Part shown: positions 1 to 13,130 of the stretch, piece after piece | How positions within the stretch are numbered: the stretch's first letter is position 1 | Layout: the number at the start of each line of letters is the position of its first letter | DNA from: Nemertoderma westbladi | Lineage: Eukaryota > Animalia > Xenacoelomorpha | Reading direction: 5' to 3' | DNA length: 50,732 bases | Assembly (NCBI GenBank): GCA_032718475.1 | Contig: JAUCBJ010002261.1 | Coordinates: 1 to 50,732, forward strand | Translations under genes and position numbers: made by a program | Notes under the pieces: generated by a model | Told to the model about the DNA's origin: nothing | Databases searched by the model: none | Seen by the model: the letters and a program-made list of their open reading frames with translations, nothing else

Positions 1-111
1 CGGTCGCTTTGCATCATTCGAGTTAGAGAGCTTTTTAGAGTATTTCAGCGCCTGGGGGGGAACTGGATTGCAAAGCAAAAGGGCCAGTTACATCCCACAA
101 AAGCTTTTACA
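1..111 (-). mobile_element. Terminal segment (TGTAAAAGC...) of an unclassified TG-ended element; probable TIR or LTR end
   Basis: Reverse complement of ~20-111 (tgtaaaagcttttgtgggatgtaactggcccttttgctttgcaatccagttccccc...) closely matches 45483-45573 and 50687-50732; all three begin at the same TGTAAAAG. Confidence 0.65.
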
Positions 112-1520
112 AAGAGATCTAGGGTCAAAGAGATCTAGGGACAAAGAGATCTAGGGTCAAAGAGATCTAGGGTCAAAGAGATATAGGGTCAAAGAGATCT
201 AGGGACAAAGAGATCTAGGGTCAAAGAGATCTAGGGTCAAAGAGATCTAGGGACAAAGAGATCTAGGGACAAAGAGATCTAGGGTCAAAGAGATCTAGGG
301 TCAAAGAGATCTAGGGTCAAAGAGATCTAGGGACAAAGAGATCTAGGGTCAAAGAGATCTAGGGTCAAAGAGATCTAGGGTCAAAGAGATCTAGGGTCAA
401 AGAGATCTAGGGTCAAAGAGATCTAGGGTCAAAGAGATCTAGGGACAAAGAGATCTAGGGTCAAAGAGATCTAGGGTCAAAGAGATCTAGGGACAAAGAG
501 ATCTAGGGTCAAAGAGATCTAGGGTCAAAGAGATCTAGGGTCAAAGAGATCTAGGGTCAAAGAGATCTAGGGTCAAAGAGATCTAGGGTCAAAGAGATCT
601 AGGGTCAAAGAGATCTAGGGTCAAAGAGATCTAGGGTCAAAGAGATCTAGGGTCAAAGAGATCTAGGGTCAAAGAGATCTAGGGTCAAAGAGATCTAGGG
701 ACAAAGAGATCTAGGGTCAAAGAGATCTAGGGTCAAAGAGATCTAGGGTCAAAGAGATCTAGGGTCAAAGAGATCTAGGGTCAAAGAGATCTAGGGTCAA
801 AGAGATCTAGGGTCAAAGAGATCTAGGGTCAAAGAGATCTAGGGTCAAAGAGATCTAGGGTCAAAGAGATCTAGGGTCAAAGAGATCTAGGGTCAAAGAG
901 ATCTAGGGACAAAGAGATCTAGGGTCAAAGAGATCTAGGGTCAAAGAGATCTAGGGTCAAAGAGATATAGGGTCAAAGAGATCTAGGGACAAAGAGATCT
1001 AGGGTCAAAGAGATCTAGGACAAAGAGATCTAGGGTCAAAGAGATCTAGGGTCAAAGAGATCTAGGGTCAAAGAGATCTAGGGTCAAAGAGATCTAGGGT
1101 CAAAGAGATCTAGGGTCAAAGAGATCTAGGGTCAAAGAGATCTAGGGTCAAAGAGATCTAGGGACAAAGAGATCTAGGGTCAAAGAGATCTAGGGTCAAA
1201 TAGATCTAGGGTCAAAGAGATCTAGGGTCAAAGATATCTAGGGTCAAAGAGATCTAGGGTCAAAGAGATCTAGGGTCAAAGAGATCTAGGGTCAAAGAGA
1301 TCTAGGGTCAAAGAGATCTAGGGTCAAAGAGATCTAGGGACAAAGAGATCTAGGGTCAAAGAGATCTAGGGTCAAAGAGATCTAGGGACAAAGAGATCTA
1401 GGGTCAAAGAGATCTAGGGTCAAAGAGATCTAGGGTCAAAGAGATCTAGGGTCAAAGAGATCTAGGGTCAAAGAGATCTAGGGTCAAAGAGATCTAGGAT
1501 CAAAGAGATCTAGGGTCAAA
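112..1520. repeat. 16-bp tandem satellite (AGGGTCAAAGAGATCT)n, ~88 units
   Basis: Direct reading; frequent T/A variant (agggAcaaag); line pattern recurs every 240 bp = 15 units. Confidence 0.97.
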
Positions 1521-1556
1521 CTAACAAGAGAAACCTTCATTCTTTTACCTGATTAT

Positions 1557-4500
1557 CTTACCTTACCTTATTGTGCCAGAACAAGGCTTCCTCCTACCTT
1601 ACCTTATTGTGCCAGAACAAGGCTTCCTCCTACCTTACCTTATTGTGCCAGAACAAGGCTTCCTCCTACCTTACCTTATTGTGCCAGAACAAGGCTTCCT
1701 CCTACCTTACCTTACCTTATTGTGCCAGAACAAGGCTTCCTCCTAACCTACCTTACCTTATTGTACCAGAACAAGGCTCCCTCCTACCTTACCTTATTGT
1801 GCCAGAACAAGGCTTCCTCCTACCTTACCTTATTGTGCCAGAACAAGGCTTCCTCCTACCTTACCTTATTGTACCAGAACAAGGCTTCCTCCTACCTTAC
1901 CTTATTGGGCCAGAACAAGGCTTCCTCCTACCTTACCTTATTGTGCCAGAACAAGGCTTCCTCCTACCTTACCTTATTGTACCAGAACAAGGCTTCCTCC
2001 TACCTTACCTTATTGTGCCAGAACAAGGCTTCCTCCTACCTTACCTTATTGTACCAGAACAAGGCTTCCTCCTACCTTACCTTATTGTGCCAGAACAAGG
2101 CTTCCTCCTACCTTACCTTATTGTGCCAGAACAAGGCTTCCTCCTACCTTACCTTATTGTGCCAGAACAAGGCTTCCTCCTACCTTACCTTATTGTGCCA
2201 GAACAAGGCTTCCTCCTACCTTACCTTATTGTGCCAGAACAAGGCTTCCTCCTACCTTACCTTATTGTGCCAGAACAAGGCTTCCTCCTACCTTACCTTA
2301 TTGTGCCAGAACAAGGCTTCCTCCTACCTTACCTTATTGTGCCAGAACAAGGCTTCCTCCTACCTTACCTTATTGTGCCAGAACAAGGCTTCCTCCTACC
2401 TTACCTTATTGTGCCAGAACAAGGCTTCCTCCTACCTTACCTTATTGTGCCAGAACAAGGCTTCCTCCTACCTTACCTTATTGTGCCAGAACAAGGCTTC
2501 CTCCTACCTTACCTTATTGTGCCAGAACAAGGCTTCCTCCTACCTTACCTTATTGTGCCAGAACAAGGCTTCCTCCTACCTTACCTTATTGTGCCAGAAC
2601 AAGGCTTCCTCCTACCTTACCTTATTGTGCCAGAACAAGGCTTCCTCCTACCTTACCTTATTGTGCCAGAACAAGGCTTCCTCCTACCTTACCTTATTGT
2701 GCCAGAACAAGGCTTCCTCCTACCTTACCTTATTGTGCCAGAACAAGGCTTCCTCCTACCTTACCTTATTGTGCCAGAACAAGGCTTCCTCCTACCTTAC
2801 CTTATTGTGCCAGAACAAGGCTTCCTCCTACCTTACCTTATTGTGCCAGAACAAGGCTTCCTCCTACCTTACCTTATTGTGCCAGAACAAGGCTTCCTCC
2901 TACCTTACCTTATTGTGCCAGAACAAGGCTTCCTCCTACCTTACCTTATTGTGCCAGAACAAGGCTTCCTCCTACCTTACCTTATTGTGCCAGAACAAGG
3001 CTTCCTCCTACCTTACCTTATTGTGCCAGAACAAGGCTTCCTCCTACCTTACCTTATTGTGCCAGAACAAGGCTTCCTCCTACCTTACCTTATTGTGCCA
3101 GAACAAGGCTTCCTCCTACCTTACCTTATTGTGCCAGAACAAGGCTTCCTCCTACCTTACCTTATTGTGCCAGAACAAGGCTTCCTCCTACCTTACCTTA
3201 TTGTGCCAGAACAAGGCTTCCTCCTACCTTACCTTATTGTGCCAGAACAAGGCTTCCTCCTACCTTACCTTATTGTGCCAGAACAAGGCTTCCTCCTACC
3301 TTACCTTATTGTGCCAGAACAAGGCTTCCTCCTACCTTACCTTATTGTGCCAGAACAAGGCTTCCTCCTACCTTACCTTATTGTGCCAGAACAAGGCTTC
3401 CTCCTACCTTACCTTATTGTGCCAGAACAAGGCTTCCTCCTACCTTACCTTATTGTGCCAGAACAAGGCTTCCTCCTACCTTACCTTATTGTGCCAGAAC
3501 AAGGCTTCCTCCTACCTTACCTTATTGTGCCAGAACAAGGCTTCCTCCTACCTTACCTTATTGTGCCAGAACAAGGCTTCCTCCTACCTTACCTTATTGT
3601 GCCAGAACAAGGCTTCCTCCTACCTTACCTTATTGTGCCAGAACAAGGCTTCCTCCTACCTTACCTTATTGTGCCAGAACAAGGCTTCCTCCTACCTTAC
3701 CTTATTGTGCCAGAACAAGGCTTCCTCCTACCTTACCTTATTGTGCCAGAACAAGGCTTCCTCCTACCTTACCTTATTGTGCCAGAACAAGGCTTCCTCC
3801 TACCTTACCTTATTGTGCCAGAACAAGGCTTCCTCCTACCTTACCTTATTGTGCCAGAACAAGGCTTCCTCCTACCTTACCTTATTGTGCCAGAACAAGG
3901 CTTCCTCCTACCTTACCTTATTGTGCCAGAACAAGGCTTCCTCCTACCTTACCTTATTGTGCCAGAACAAGGCTTCCTCCTACCTTACCTTATTGTGCCA
4001 GAACAAGGCTTCCTCCTACCTTACCTTATTGTGCCAGAACAAGGCTTCCTCCTACCTTACCTTATTGTGCCAGAACAAGGCTTCCTCCTACCTTACCTTA
4101 TTGTGCCAGAACAAGGCTTCCTCCTACCTTACCTTATTGTGCCAGAACAAGGCTTCCTCCTACCTTACCTTATTGTGCCAGAACAAGGCTTCCTCCTACC
4201 TTACCTTATTGTGCCAGAACAAGGCTTCCTCCTACCTTACCTTATTGTGCCAGAACAAGGCTTCCTCCTACCTTACCTTATTGTGCCAGAACAAGGCTTC
4301 CTCCTACCTTACCTTATTGTGCCAGAACAAGGCTTCCTCCTACCTTACCTTATTGTGCCAGAACAAGGCTTCCTCCTACCTTACCTTATTGTGCCAGAAC
4401 AAGGCTTCCTCCTACCTTACCTTATTGTGCCAGAACAAGGCTTCCTCCTACCTTACCTTATTGTGCCAGAACAAGGCTTCCTCCTACCTTACCTTATTGT

Positions 4501-7500
4501 GCCAGAACAAGGCTTCCTCCTACCTTACCTTATTGTGCCAGAACAAGGCTTCCTCCTACCTTACCTTATTGTGCCAGAACAAGGCTTCCTCCTACCTTAC
4601 CTTATTGTGCCAGAACAAGGCTTCCTCCTACCTTACCTTATTGTGCCAGAACAAGGCTTCCTCCTACCTTACCTTATTGTGCCAGAACAAGGCTTCCTCC
4701 TACCTTACCTTATTGTGCCAGAACAAGGCTTCCTCCTACCTTACCTTATTGTGCCAGAACAAGGCTTCCTCCTACCTTACCTTATTGTGCCAGAACAAGG
4801 CTTCCTCCTACCTTACCTTATTGTGCCAGAACAAGGCTTCCTCCTACCTTACCTTATTGTGCCAGAACAAGGCTTCCTCCTACCTTACCTTATTGTGCCA
4901 GAACAAGGCTTCCTCCTACCTTACCTTATTGTGCCAGAACAAGGCTTCCTCCTACCTTACCTTATTGTGCCAGAACAAGGCTTCCTCCTACCTTACCTTA
5001 TTGTGCCAGAACAAGGCTTCCTCCTACCTTACCTTATTGTGCCAGAACAAGGCTTCCTCCTACCTTACCTTATTGTGCCAGAACAAGGCTCGCTCCTACC
5101 TTACCTTACCTTATTGTACCAGAACAAGGCTTCCTCCTACCTTACCTTATTGTGTCAGAACAAGGCTTCCTCCTACCTTACCTTATTGTGCCAGAACAAG
5201 GCTTCCTCCTACCTTACCTTATTGTGCCAGAACAAGGCTCCTCCTACCTTACCTTACCTTATTGTGCCAGAACAAGGCTTCCTCCTACCTTACCTTATTG
5301 TGCCAGAACAAGGCTTCCTCCTACCTTACCTTATTGTGCCAGAACAAGGCTCCTCCTACCTTACCTTACCTTATTGTGCCAGAACAAGGCTTCCTCCTAC
5401 CTTACCTTATTGTGCCAGAACAAGGCTCGCTCCTACCTTACCTTACCTTATTGTGCCAGAACAAGGCTTCCTCCTACCTTACCTTATTGTGCCAGAACAA
5501 GGCTTCCTCCTACCTTACCTTATTGTGCCAGAACAAGGCTTCCTCCTACCTTACCTTATTGTGCCAGAACAAGGCTTCCTCCTACCTTACCTTATTGTGC
5601 CAGAACAAGGCTTCCTCCTACCTTACCTTATTGTGCCAGAACAAGGCTTCCTCCTACCTTACCTTATTGTGCCAGAACAAGGCTTCCTCCTACCTTACCT
5701 TATTGTACCAGAACAAGGCTTCCTCCTACCTTACCTTATTGTACCAGAACAAGGCTTCCTCCTACCTTACCTTATTGTGCCAGAACAAGGCGTCCTCCTA
5801 CCTTACCTTATTGTGCCAGAACAAGGCGTCCTCCTACCTTACCTTATTGTGCCAGAACAAGGCTTCCTCCTACCTTACCTTATTGTGCCAGAACAAGGCG
5901 TCCTCCTACCTTACCTTATTGTGCCAGAACAAGGCTTCCTCCTACCTTACCTTATTGTGTCAGAACAAGGCTTCCTCCTACCTTACCTTATTGTGCCAGA
6001 ACAAGGCGTCCTCCTACCTTACCTTATTGTGCCAGAACAAGGCGTCCTCCTACCTTACCTTATTGTGCCAGAACAAGGCTTCCTCCTACCTTACCTTATT
6101 GTGTCAGAACAAGGCTTCCTCCTACCTTACCTTATTGTGCCAGAACAAGGCGTCCTCCTACCTTACCTTATTGTGCCAGAACAAGGCGTCCTCCTACCTT
6201 ACCTTATTGTGCCAGAACAAGGCTTCCTCCTACCTTACCTTATTGTGCCAGAACAAGGCTTCCTCCTACCTTACCTTATTGTGCCAGAACAAGGCTTCCT
6301 CCTACCTTACCTTATTGTGCCAGAACAAGGCTTCCTCCTACCTTACCTTATTGTGCCAGAACAAGGCTTCCTCCTACCTTACCTTATTGTGCCAGAACAA
6401 GGCTTCCTCCTACCTTACCTTATTGTGCCAGAACAAGGCTTCCTCCTACCTTACCTTATTGTGCCAGAACAAGGCTTCCTCCTACCTTACCTTATTGTGC
6501 CAGAACAAGGCTTCCTCCTACCTTACCTTATTGTGCCAGAACAAGGCTTCCTCCTACCTTACCTTATTGTGCCAGAACAAGGCTTCCTCCTACCTTACCT
6601 TATTGTGCCAGAACAAGGCTTCCTCCTACCTTACCTTATTGTGCCAGAACAAGGCTTCCTCCTACCTTACCTTATTGTGCCAGAACAAGGCTTCCTCCTA
6701 CCTTACCTTATTGTGCCAGAACAAGGCTTCCTCCTACCTTACCTTATTGTGCCAGAACAAGGCTTCCTCCTACCTTACCTTATTGTGCCAGAACAAGGCT
6801 TCCTCCTACCTTACCTTATTGTGCCAGAACAAGGCTTCCTCCTACCTTACCTTATTGTGCCAGAACAAGGCTTCCTCCTACCTTACCTTATTGTGCCAGA
6901 ACAAGGCTTCCTCCTACCTTACCTTATTGTGCCAGAACAAGGCTTCCTCCTACCTTACCTTATTGTGCCAGAACAAGGCTTCCTCCTACCTTACCTTATT
7001 GTGCCAGAACAAGGCTTCCTCCTACCTTACCTTATTGTGCCAGAACAAGGCTTCCTCCTACCTTACCTTATTGTGCCAGAACAAGGCTTCCTCCTACCTT
7101 ACCTTATTGTGCCAGAACAAGGCTTCCTCCTACCTTACCTTATTGTGCCAGAACAAGGCTTCCTCCTACCTTACCTTATTGTGCCAGAACAAGGCTTCCT
7201 CCTACCTTACCTTATTGTGCCAGAACAAGGCTTCCTCCTACCTTACCTTATTGTGCCAGAACAAGGCTTCCTCCTACCTTACCTTATTGTGCCAGAACAA
7301 GGCTTCCTCCTACCTTACCTTATTGTGCCAGAACAAGGCTTCCTCCTACCTTACCTTATTGTGCCAGAACAAGGCTCCCTCCTACCTTACCTTACCTTAT
7401 TGTGCCAGAACAAGGCTCCTCCTACCTTACCTTACCTTATTGTGCCAGAACAAGGCTTCCTCCTACCTTACCTTATTGTGCCAGAACAAGGCTTCCTCCT

Positions 7501-7976
7501 ACCTTACCTTATTGTACCAGAACAAGGCTTCCTCCTACCTTACCTTATTGTGCCAGAACAAGGCTTCCTCCTACCTTACCTTATTGTGCCAGAACAAGGC
7601 TTCCTCCTACCTTACCTTATTGTGCCAGAACAAGGCTTCCTCCTACCTTACCTTATTGTGCCAGAACAAGGCTTCCTCCTCCTTACCTTACCTTATTGTG
7701 CCAGAACAAGGCTTCCTCCTACCTTACCTTATTGTGCCAGAACAAGGCTTCCTCCTACCTTACCTTATTGTGCCAGAACAAGGCTTCCTCCTACCTTACC
7801 TTATTGTGCCAGAACAAGGCTTCCTCCTACCTTACCTACCTTATTGTGCCAGAACAAGGCTTCCTCCTACCTTACCTTATTGTGCCAGGAACAAGGCTTC
7901 CTCCTACCTTACCTTATTGTGCCAGAACAAGGCTTCCTCCTACCTTACCTTATTGTGCCAGAACAAGGCTTCCTCC
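1557..7976. repeat. 36-bp tandem satellite (CCTTACCTTATTGTGCCAGAACAAGGCTTCCTCCTA)n, ~175 units
   Basis: Direct reading; near-invariant from ~2.1 to 5.0 kb, with variants (extra CCTTA, ggcGtcc, tgtAcc) clustered at the edges and at 5.1-6.2 kb. Confidence 0.98.
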
Positions 7977-8065
7977 GAAAATGTTAGTTCTACGGGTTCC
8001 TCGATGTCATCGACTACCGGTTCTATTTCTTCATTTTCTACGATTAACGGAAATACAATTAATTC

Positions 8066-8200
8066 CAATCAATTACAATAAATCAATTACAATAACAATC
8101 AATTACAATAACAATCAATTACAATAAATCAATTACAATAACAATCAATTACAATAACAATCAATTACAATAACAATCAATTACAATAATTACAATCAAT
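8066..8200. repeat. AT-rich 14-16-bp minisatellite (AATCAATTACAATAAC)n
   Basis: About 8 direct copies visible. Confidence 0.85.
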
Positions 8201-8550
8201 TAATTAATACAATTAATTCTATTACAATTATAAGTTATTTTAAAATGAATAATAAATTATTGATTAACAACTGGTCAAATATTCTATAACAATAATATTA
8301 TTATTGTTATAAACTCGGTAAGCATCTCGGTAGGCATCTACTACGGCTTAGGCTATATCTTTTACGGAGTCGTAGAGTAGTCTGAAGTTCCCCATTTTGC
8401 CCCTAGAGGGCGAAATGTATCAAAGTAAAAACCTGATCTCATTTGATTGTTTTTAATTCATTGAGGCTGAAACTTGGTAGACATCTACTATGGCATAGGC
8501 TATACTTTACAGAGGAGGTTGATCGACTCGCAGTTCTTCAGTGTGCTGCT

Positions 8551-9682
8551 AAAGACTCGGATTCAAGACCTGAGGTACTCCTAAAGACTCGAGTTTTAGG
8601 TCTGAGGCACAGACTATGCCTCACTGAGGCATAGACTATGCCTCACTGAGGCACAGACTGCCTCACTAAGGCACAGACTATGCCTCACTGAGGCACAGAC
8701 TATGCCTCACTGAGGCACAGACTATGCCTCGTTGAGGCTCAGACTATGCCTCACTGAGGCACTGGGACATAGACTATGCCTCACTGAGGCACTGAGGCAA
8801 AGACTATGCCTCACTGAGGCACAGACTATGCCTCACTGAGGCACTGAGACACAGACTATGCCTTACTGAGGCACTGAGGCATGGACTATGCCTCACTGGG
8901 GCACTGAGGCATAGACTATGCTTCACTGAGGCATAGACTATGCCTTCTGAGGCACAGACTATGCCTCACTGAGGCATTGAGGCACAGACTATGCCTCACT
9001 GAGGCTCAGACTATCCCTCACTGAGGAACTGACAGAAAAGACTCGGATTCAAGACCTGAGGCACTCCTAAAGTCTCGAGTTTTAGGTCTGAGGCACAGAC
9101 TATGCCTCACCTAGGCATAGACTATGCCTCACTGAGGCACAGACTGCTTCACTAAGGCACAGACTATCCCTCCATGAGCCACAGACTATGCCTCACTGAG
9201 GCACTGTGGCATAGACTATGCCTCACTGAGGCATAGACTATGCCTTACTGAGGCACAGACTATGCCTCACTGAGGCATTGAGGCACAGACTATGCCTCAC
9301 TGAGGCATTGAGGCACAGACTATGCCTCACTGAGGAACTGACAGAAAAGACTCGGATTCAAGACCTGAGGCACTCCTAAAGTCTCGAGTTTTAGGTCTGA
9401 GGCACAGACTATGCCTCACCTAGGCATAGACTATGCCTCACTGAGGCACAGACTATGCCTCACTGAGGCACAGACTATGCCTCACTGAGGCACTGAGGCA
9501 TAGACTATGCCTCACTGAGGCACAGACTATGCCTCACTGAGGCATTGAGGCACAGACTATGCCTCACTGAGGCATAAACTATGCCTCACTGAGGCACAGA
9601 CTATGCCTCACTGAGGCTCAGACTATCCCTCACTGAGGAACTGAGACACAGACTATGCCTCAGTGAGGCACTCAGGCTCAGA
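8551..9682. repeat. 22-bp self-complementary minisatellite (GAGGCACAGACTATGCCTCACT)n with higher-order structure
   Basis: Unit contains the GAGGCA/TGCCTC inverted pair; array is punctuated at ~8551, ~9038 and ~9347 by a ~55-bp block aaagactcggattcaagacctgaggcactcctaaag. Confidence 0.93.
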
Positions 9683-10327
9683 TTAAGGGTCAAAGGCCTT
9701 CAAGCTGATCATTTGCTTAGTTTTCTACTTAGAAGGTCGTGAGGTCGAACCCTAGAATAGCATTATTCTTTTTTCCTAGCTCTTTGCTGGCTTTATTATA
9801 CACTAGCTTTTAATCTCCCAGCTAGTGATAGTATGCAACCTTGGGAGTTAATGCGCTGTCTTATGAGTAAAGGCCAAGAGATTAGACTTCAGGTTGCCTC
9901 TGTTGGTTCACTCTTCTTAACATTACAAAAGAGTTTGCAAGCGCAGGTTCAAATCCAACTAAAGCTCTATATATTTTGCACTGAAGTGGAATACTTTAGA
10001 TGCTGGGGGAATCTGGTTTGCGAGGGATATTTGAATGGTGAGTATAACTATCCTTGAGAGTTAGTGTGACGTTATCTCACCATGGATGGGTTTTACCACT
10101 GAAACGAAAAACGGGTAAAGAAATTAAGCGTGTACTCGCATCTGCTCTGGCTCTCTCATTGGCTGCCTAACTCACCCTCGCGCTCTGATTGGATAATCCA
10201 TTCTAACCTCCCTTTATAATAGCCCGTTCACCGCATTCCATTTCATCCTCATAAAAGTTTTATTTATTTAAAATTTTGTAAAATCATTTAGCGAAAATTC
10301 AATACTATCAATTGAGATTGCTATATA

Positions 10328-10432
10328 ATGCATAGAGATGAAAGATGTTTGGTTTGTAATAAAGAAATCAGACAAGACAATCTATCTTGTCATAGGGAAA
10401 AACATATAAAGGATAAACTAATAAACTTATAA
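10328..10432 (+). pseudogene. Short or truncated C2H2 zinc-finger ORF (34 aa), paralogue of the N-terminus of 30809-31564
   Basis: Hand translation MHRDERCLVCNKEIRQDNLSCHREKHIKDKLINL*; 10195-10410 aligns by eye with 30645-30890, including the promoter and 5' UTR. Confidence 0.75.
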
Positions 10433-11590
10433 AACTAAGCAAATGATCAGCATGAGTGTGGAGAATTGGTCTTTTGCATTGAGCGTGTTCACTGAAAACT
10501 TGACCTGTGGGAGCAGCTCGGAATATACTTCCAGGAACTGTGAACCATAAAGTGGAGAGTCACTAATAAACTTTATTATGTCATAGGACGTCATGCACTC
10601 TGGATGTATCTCTCGAAGGAAGCGTCGGATGAAGCGGGTATTTGTACAGGAGGCTACACGGTTGAGGAGCTCATAACTCAGTAGCCAAGCACACCGAATA
10701 TCTGTTGCGCAGGTGAAGGGGGCAAATGCGTATACACCGAGGTGAGCTTTCGCTGCGGCGTATCGGGACATGGTAATCGCATTGAGATCTGCGCATCCTT
10801 CCAACGATCGAATATGTTGGGTGACATTTGTTTCATCTTCTATCTCGATTTCGGGGCCAAAGGGGCAGTTTGGACTACCTTGAGTTGGCAACGTTCGCAA
10901 TGGGTAGCAAAGATCAAACAGGAGAAGAAGATATGGTCGTTATTAACACGGCAGTAGGGACAATAAAGTTCGATACAATTATCAGTGAGGTGCTCACAAA
11001 GGACTCCAGGTTAGGTGTGAGCCTTGTGTGTGCGAAGACCGCAATTCGCACAATGGACATGTTTACGAAATAACGCATAGCGGAAACCTCAAACCGTGAA
11101 CCGCTCGGTCCCGCGATACCAATCAATCAAGGCGGACTCATTGTCAGGGGTGAGCATGACAGGGGCGGCTACTGAGGTCACTTCTAGGTGGATTGGTTCC
11201 TCCGCTTGATCCATAACATCAGTCTGTATTTGTCCAACCGAGAAACCAGGTTTAATAATGGGTCTCTCGATCACCGATTGATGGAGATTCGAAATACGTA
11301 CGTCTCGGAATATAGCAAATCTACTGCTGGCTAGCTCATCCGCTGCGGAGCGACGTAGCTCTCACTGAGACAGTGATTTCATGCGAAACTGACCATCAAT
11401 GTTGGCGAAAAGGGTTAGGAAATGTGTTCAGGAATTTACAAGTTCATCGAGTTTGGCGAGTTGTGTTCCCAACAACAATGGGTGTGCTCTCAGCGTGCGG
11501 CTCCAGACATCCACAAGCCATCCTGATAATGCTTGGTTTTCAAATATGAGGTATATCGCTAATGAGGGGTGCAAGGGAACGATTTGATTT
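10427..11590 (-). pseudogene. Decayed intronless orphan ORF (fragments 10427-10900, 10914-11126, 11089-11274 and upstream)
   Basis: Consecutive same-strand protein-like fragments separated by stops or frameshifts and bounded by AT-rich flanks; no family recognised. Confidence 0.4.
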
Positions 11591-11726
11591 GACTTAGTTT
11601 AATTCACATATAGTGACAATGACACATACACATAAACACAAAATACACATAATGTTTAATATATATAGTAAAATGCTTAGTAAAAACTGTTAGTTCAGAC
11701 TAATAAAAGCACGAAAATTAAAATTG

Positions 11727-13130
11727 CTAAATGTTGAAAAAGTCGGTAATATGTTTGTGCTTAGCACTGAAAGTGATCCCTGATAATTTATAAATCTGTT
11801 GTATAAATCGCGCTTCTTCAGCGTGTTGTGGTGATGCGGTTGATGGGGATAAACGTTGGAATAAATTTTTAGTATGGTACTCGTAATTGCAGAGTGATGT
11901 AATGGAGGGTAGTCCGTAACTTACGACCGATTTTCTGTGCATGCTCCCCAGTCCTTGATACTCAGAACGATGGTTAGATTGCAATGTAATCCGGAGGGAT
12001 TCTTGGACATTTGTGTTGGGGCATTTTAGCGCACGAAGCAGCGTACCCAAACATGATTTGTAACCCTCTAGCGACAGTGTTCCAGTTCCAAACAGATGAT
12101 AAAGGGTCTCATTGGATACGTAGCATCCTAAGTGCAGGATCCCCCGTAATTGTTTCCTGTAATACAATTCCACAGTTTCAGTGTCCTTTTTGGATAGCTC
12201 CCCAATGCGAAACTTGAGTCGGTATAACAAGGATGATAGGGCAACAGTCCGCCATAACATTGCCACCGTCTGTACAGGATAGTGTTTCGTTGTCCACCCG
12301 TTTCTGTGGAACGAGTCTGTGAGAGCGGCGATCGATTGTATGATGTCTGAGGCCCCTGTTTTGTTATGTCCCGGACTTCCATAGATTGTGACCCCAAGAA
12401 ATGTTAGGAACGGTGATGCTGCATGAAGATGGTCATTAATGGAAATCATGAGTGGTGGGCTCTGATTTTTTTTATTATGGTATGGTTCTTTGAATATCCA
12501 ATTCACTTTGGTTGTTTCCAAGACAAGGTTTAGATTAGTCAGTTTGGATTGTATGAGAGTGGTCATCTGTTTGATTTCGTTGTCGGAGGTTCCCAGCAGC
12601 AGTATGTCATCAGCATAAGATAGCGCGCTTATAATCAAATGAAAAATTCGGCAACCTCTACTGTCTGGACCCCCATCGTGTAGTTGTGAGAGAACACCAT
12701 TCGTGTAGAAGTTAAATAAAATAGGTGATATGATTGATCCTTGTTTCAAGCCATTGTGCATTGCAAATCCATTTACATCTACTGAGCCGTTGATGTTTAT
12801 GAATACTGTGCTCAAATTATAGTATACAGCCAGAAGTCGACATATATGGGGATTCATATGACCTGATAGTTTCTTGAACAAGAGGTAATGGTTGACTGAG
12901 TCAAATGCTGATGCAATGTCCATTTGGCAGACATAGACCCCGAACCCCCTGCTGCGATAGAATTCAATATATTCCAGTATGGCACTGATTATGACATCAG
13001 ACCCTATGAGCTTTTGGTAGGCAAATTGCATTCCGTCAGGCTGTAAGTCAGCTAAGTAATCCTTCAGTATTACACCTTCAAGAATTTTTGCGAATAGACT
13101 GATAGATGCAATAGGGCGTGTAAATAATCG
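11727..13130 (-). mobile_element. Non-LTR retrotransposon (LINE) reverse transcriptase, 5'-truncated
   Basis: RPIASIS..AKILE upstream of the called start, then QFAY, DIASAFDSV, GLKQGSIISPILF, SYADD, FLGV. Confidence 0.92.

Noticed and set aside
112-1520. Telomeric array
   Set aside because: Contains TAGGG, but the unit is 16 bp, internal and bounded by TE sequence.
1557-7976. CRISPR array (36-bp repeat length)
   Set aside because: Units are contiguous with no unique spacers, there are no cas genes, and the context is eukaryotic.
1571-8127. Giant 991-2138-aa ORFs
   Set aside because: Artefact of a 36-bp unit with no plus-strand stops; all three frames are open.
8551-9682. CRISPR-like palindromic repeats
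   Set aside because: No unique spacers; the interrupting blocks are themselves repeated.
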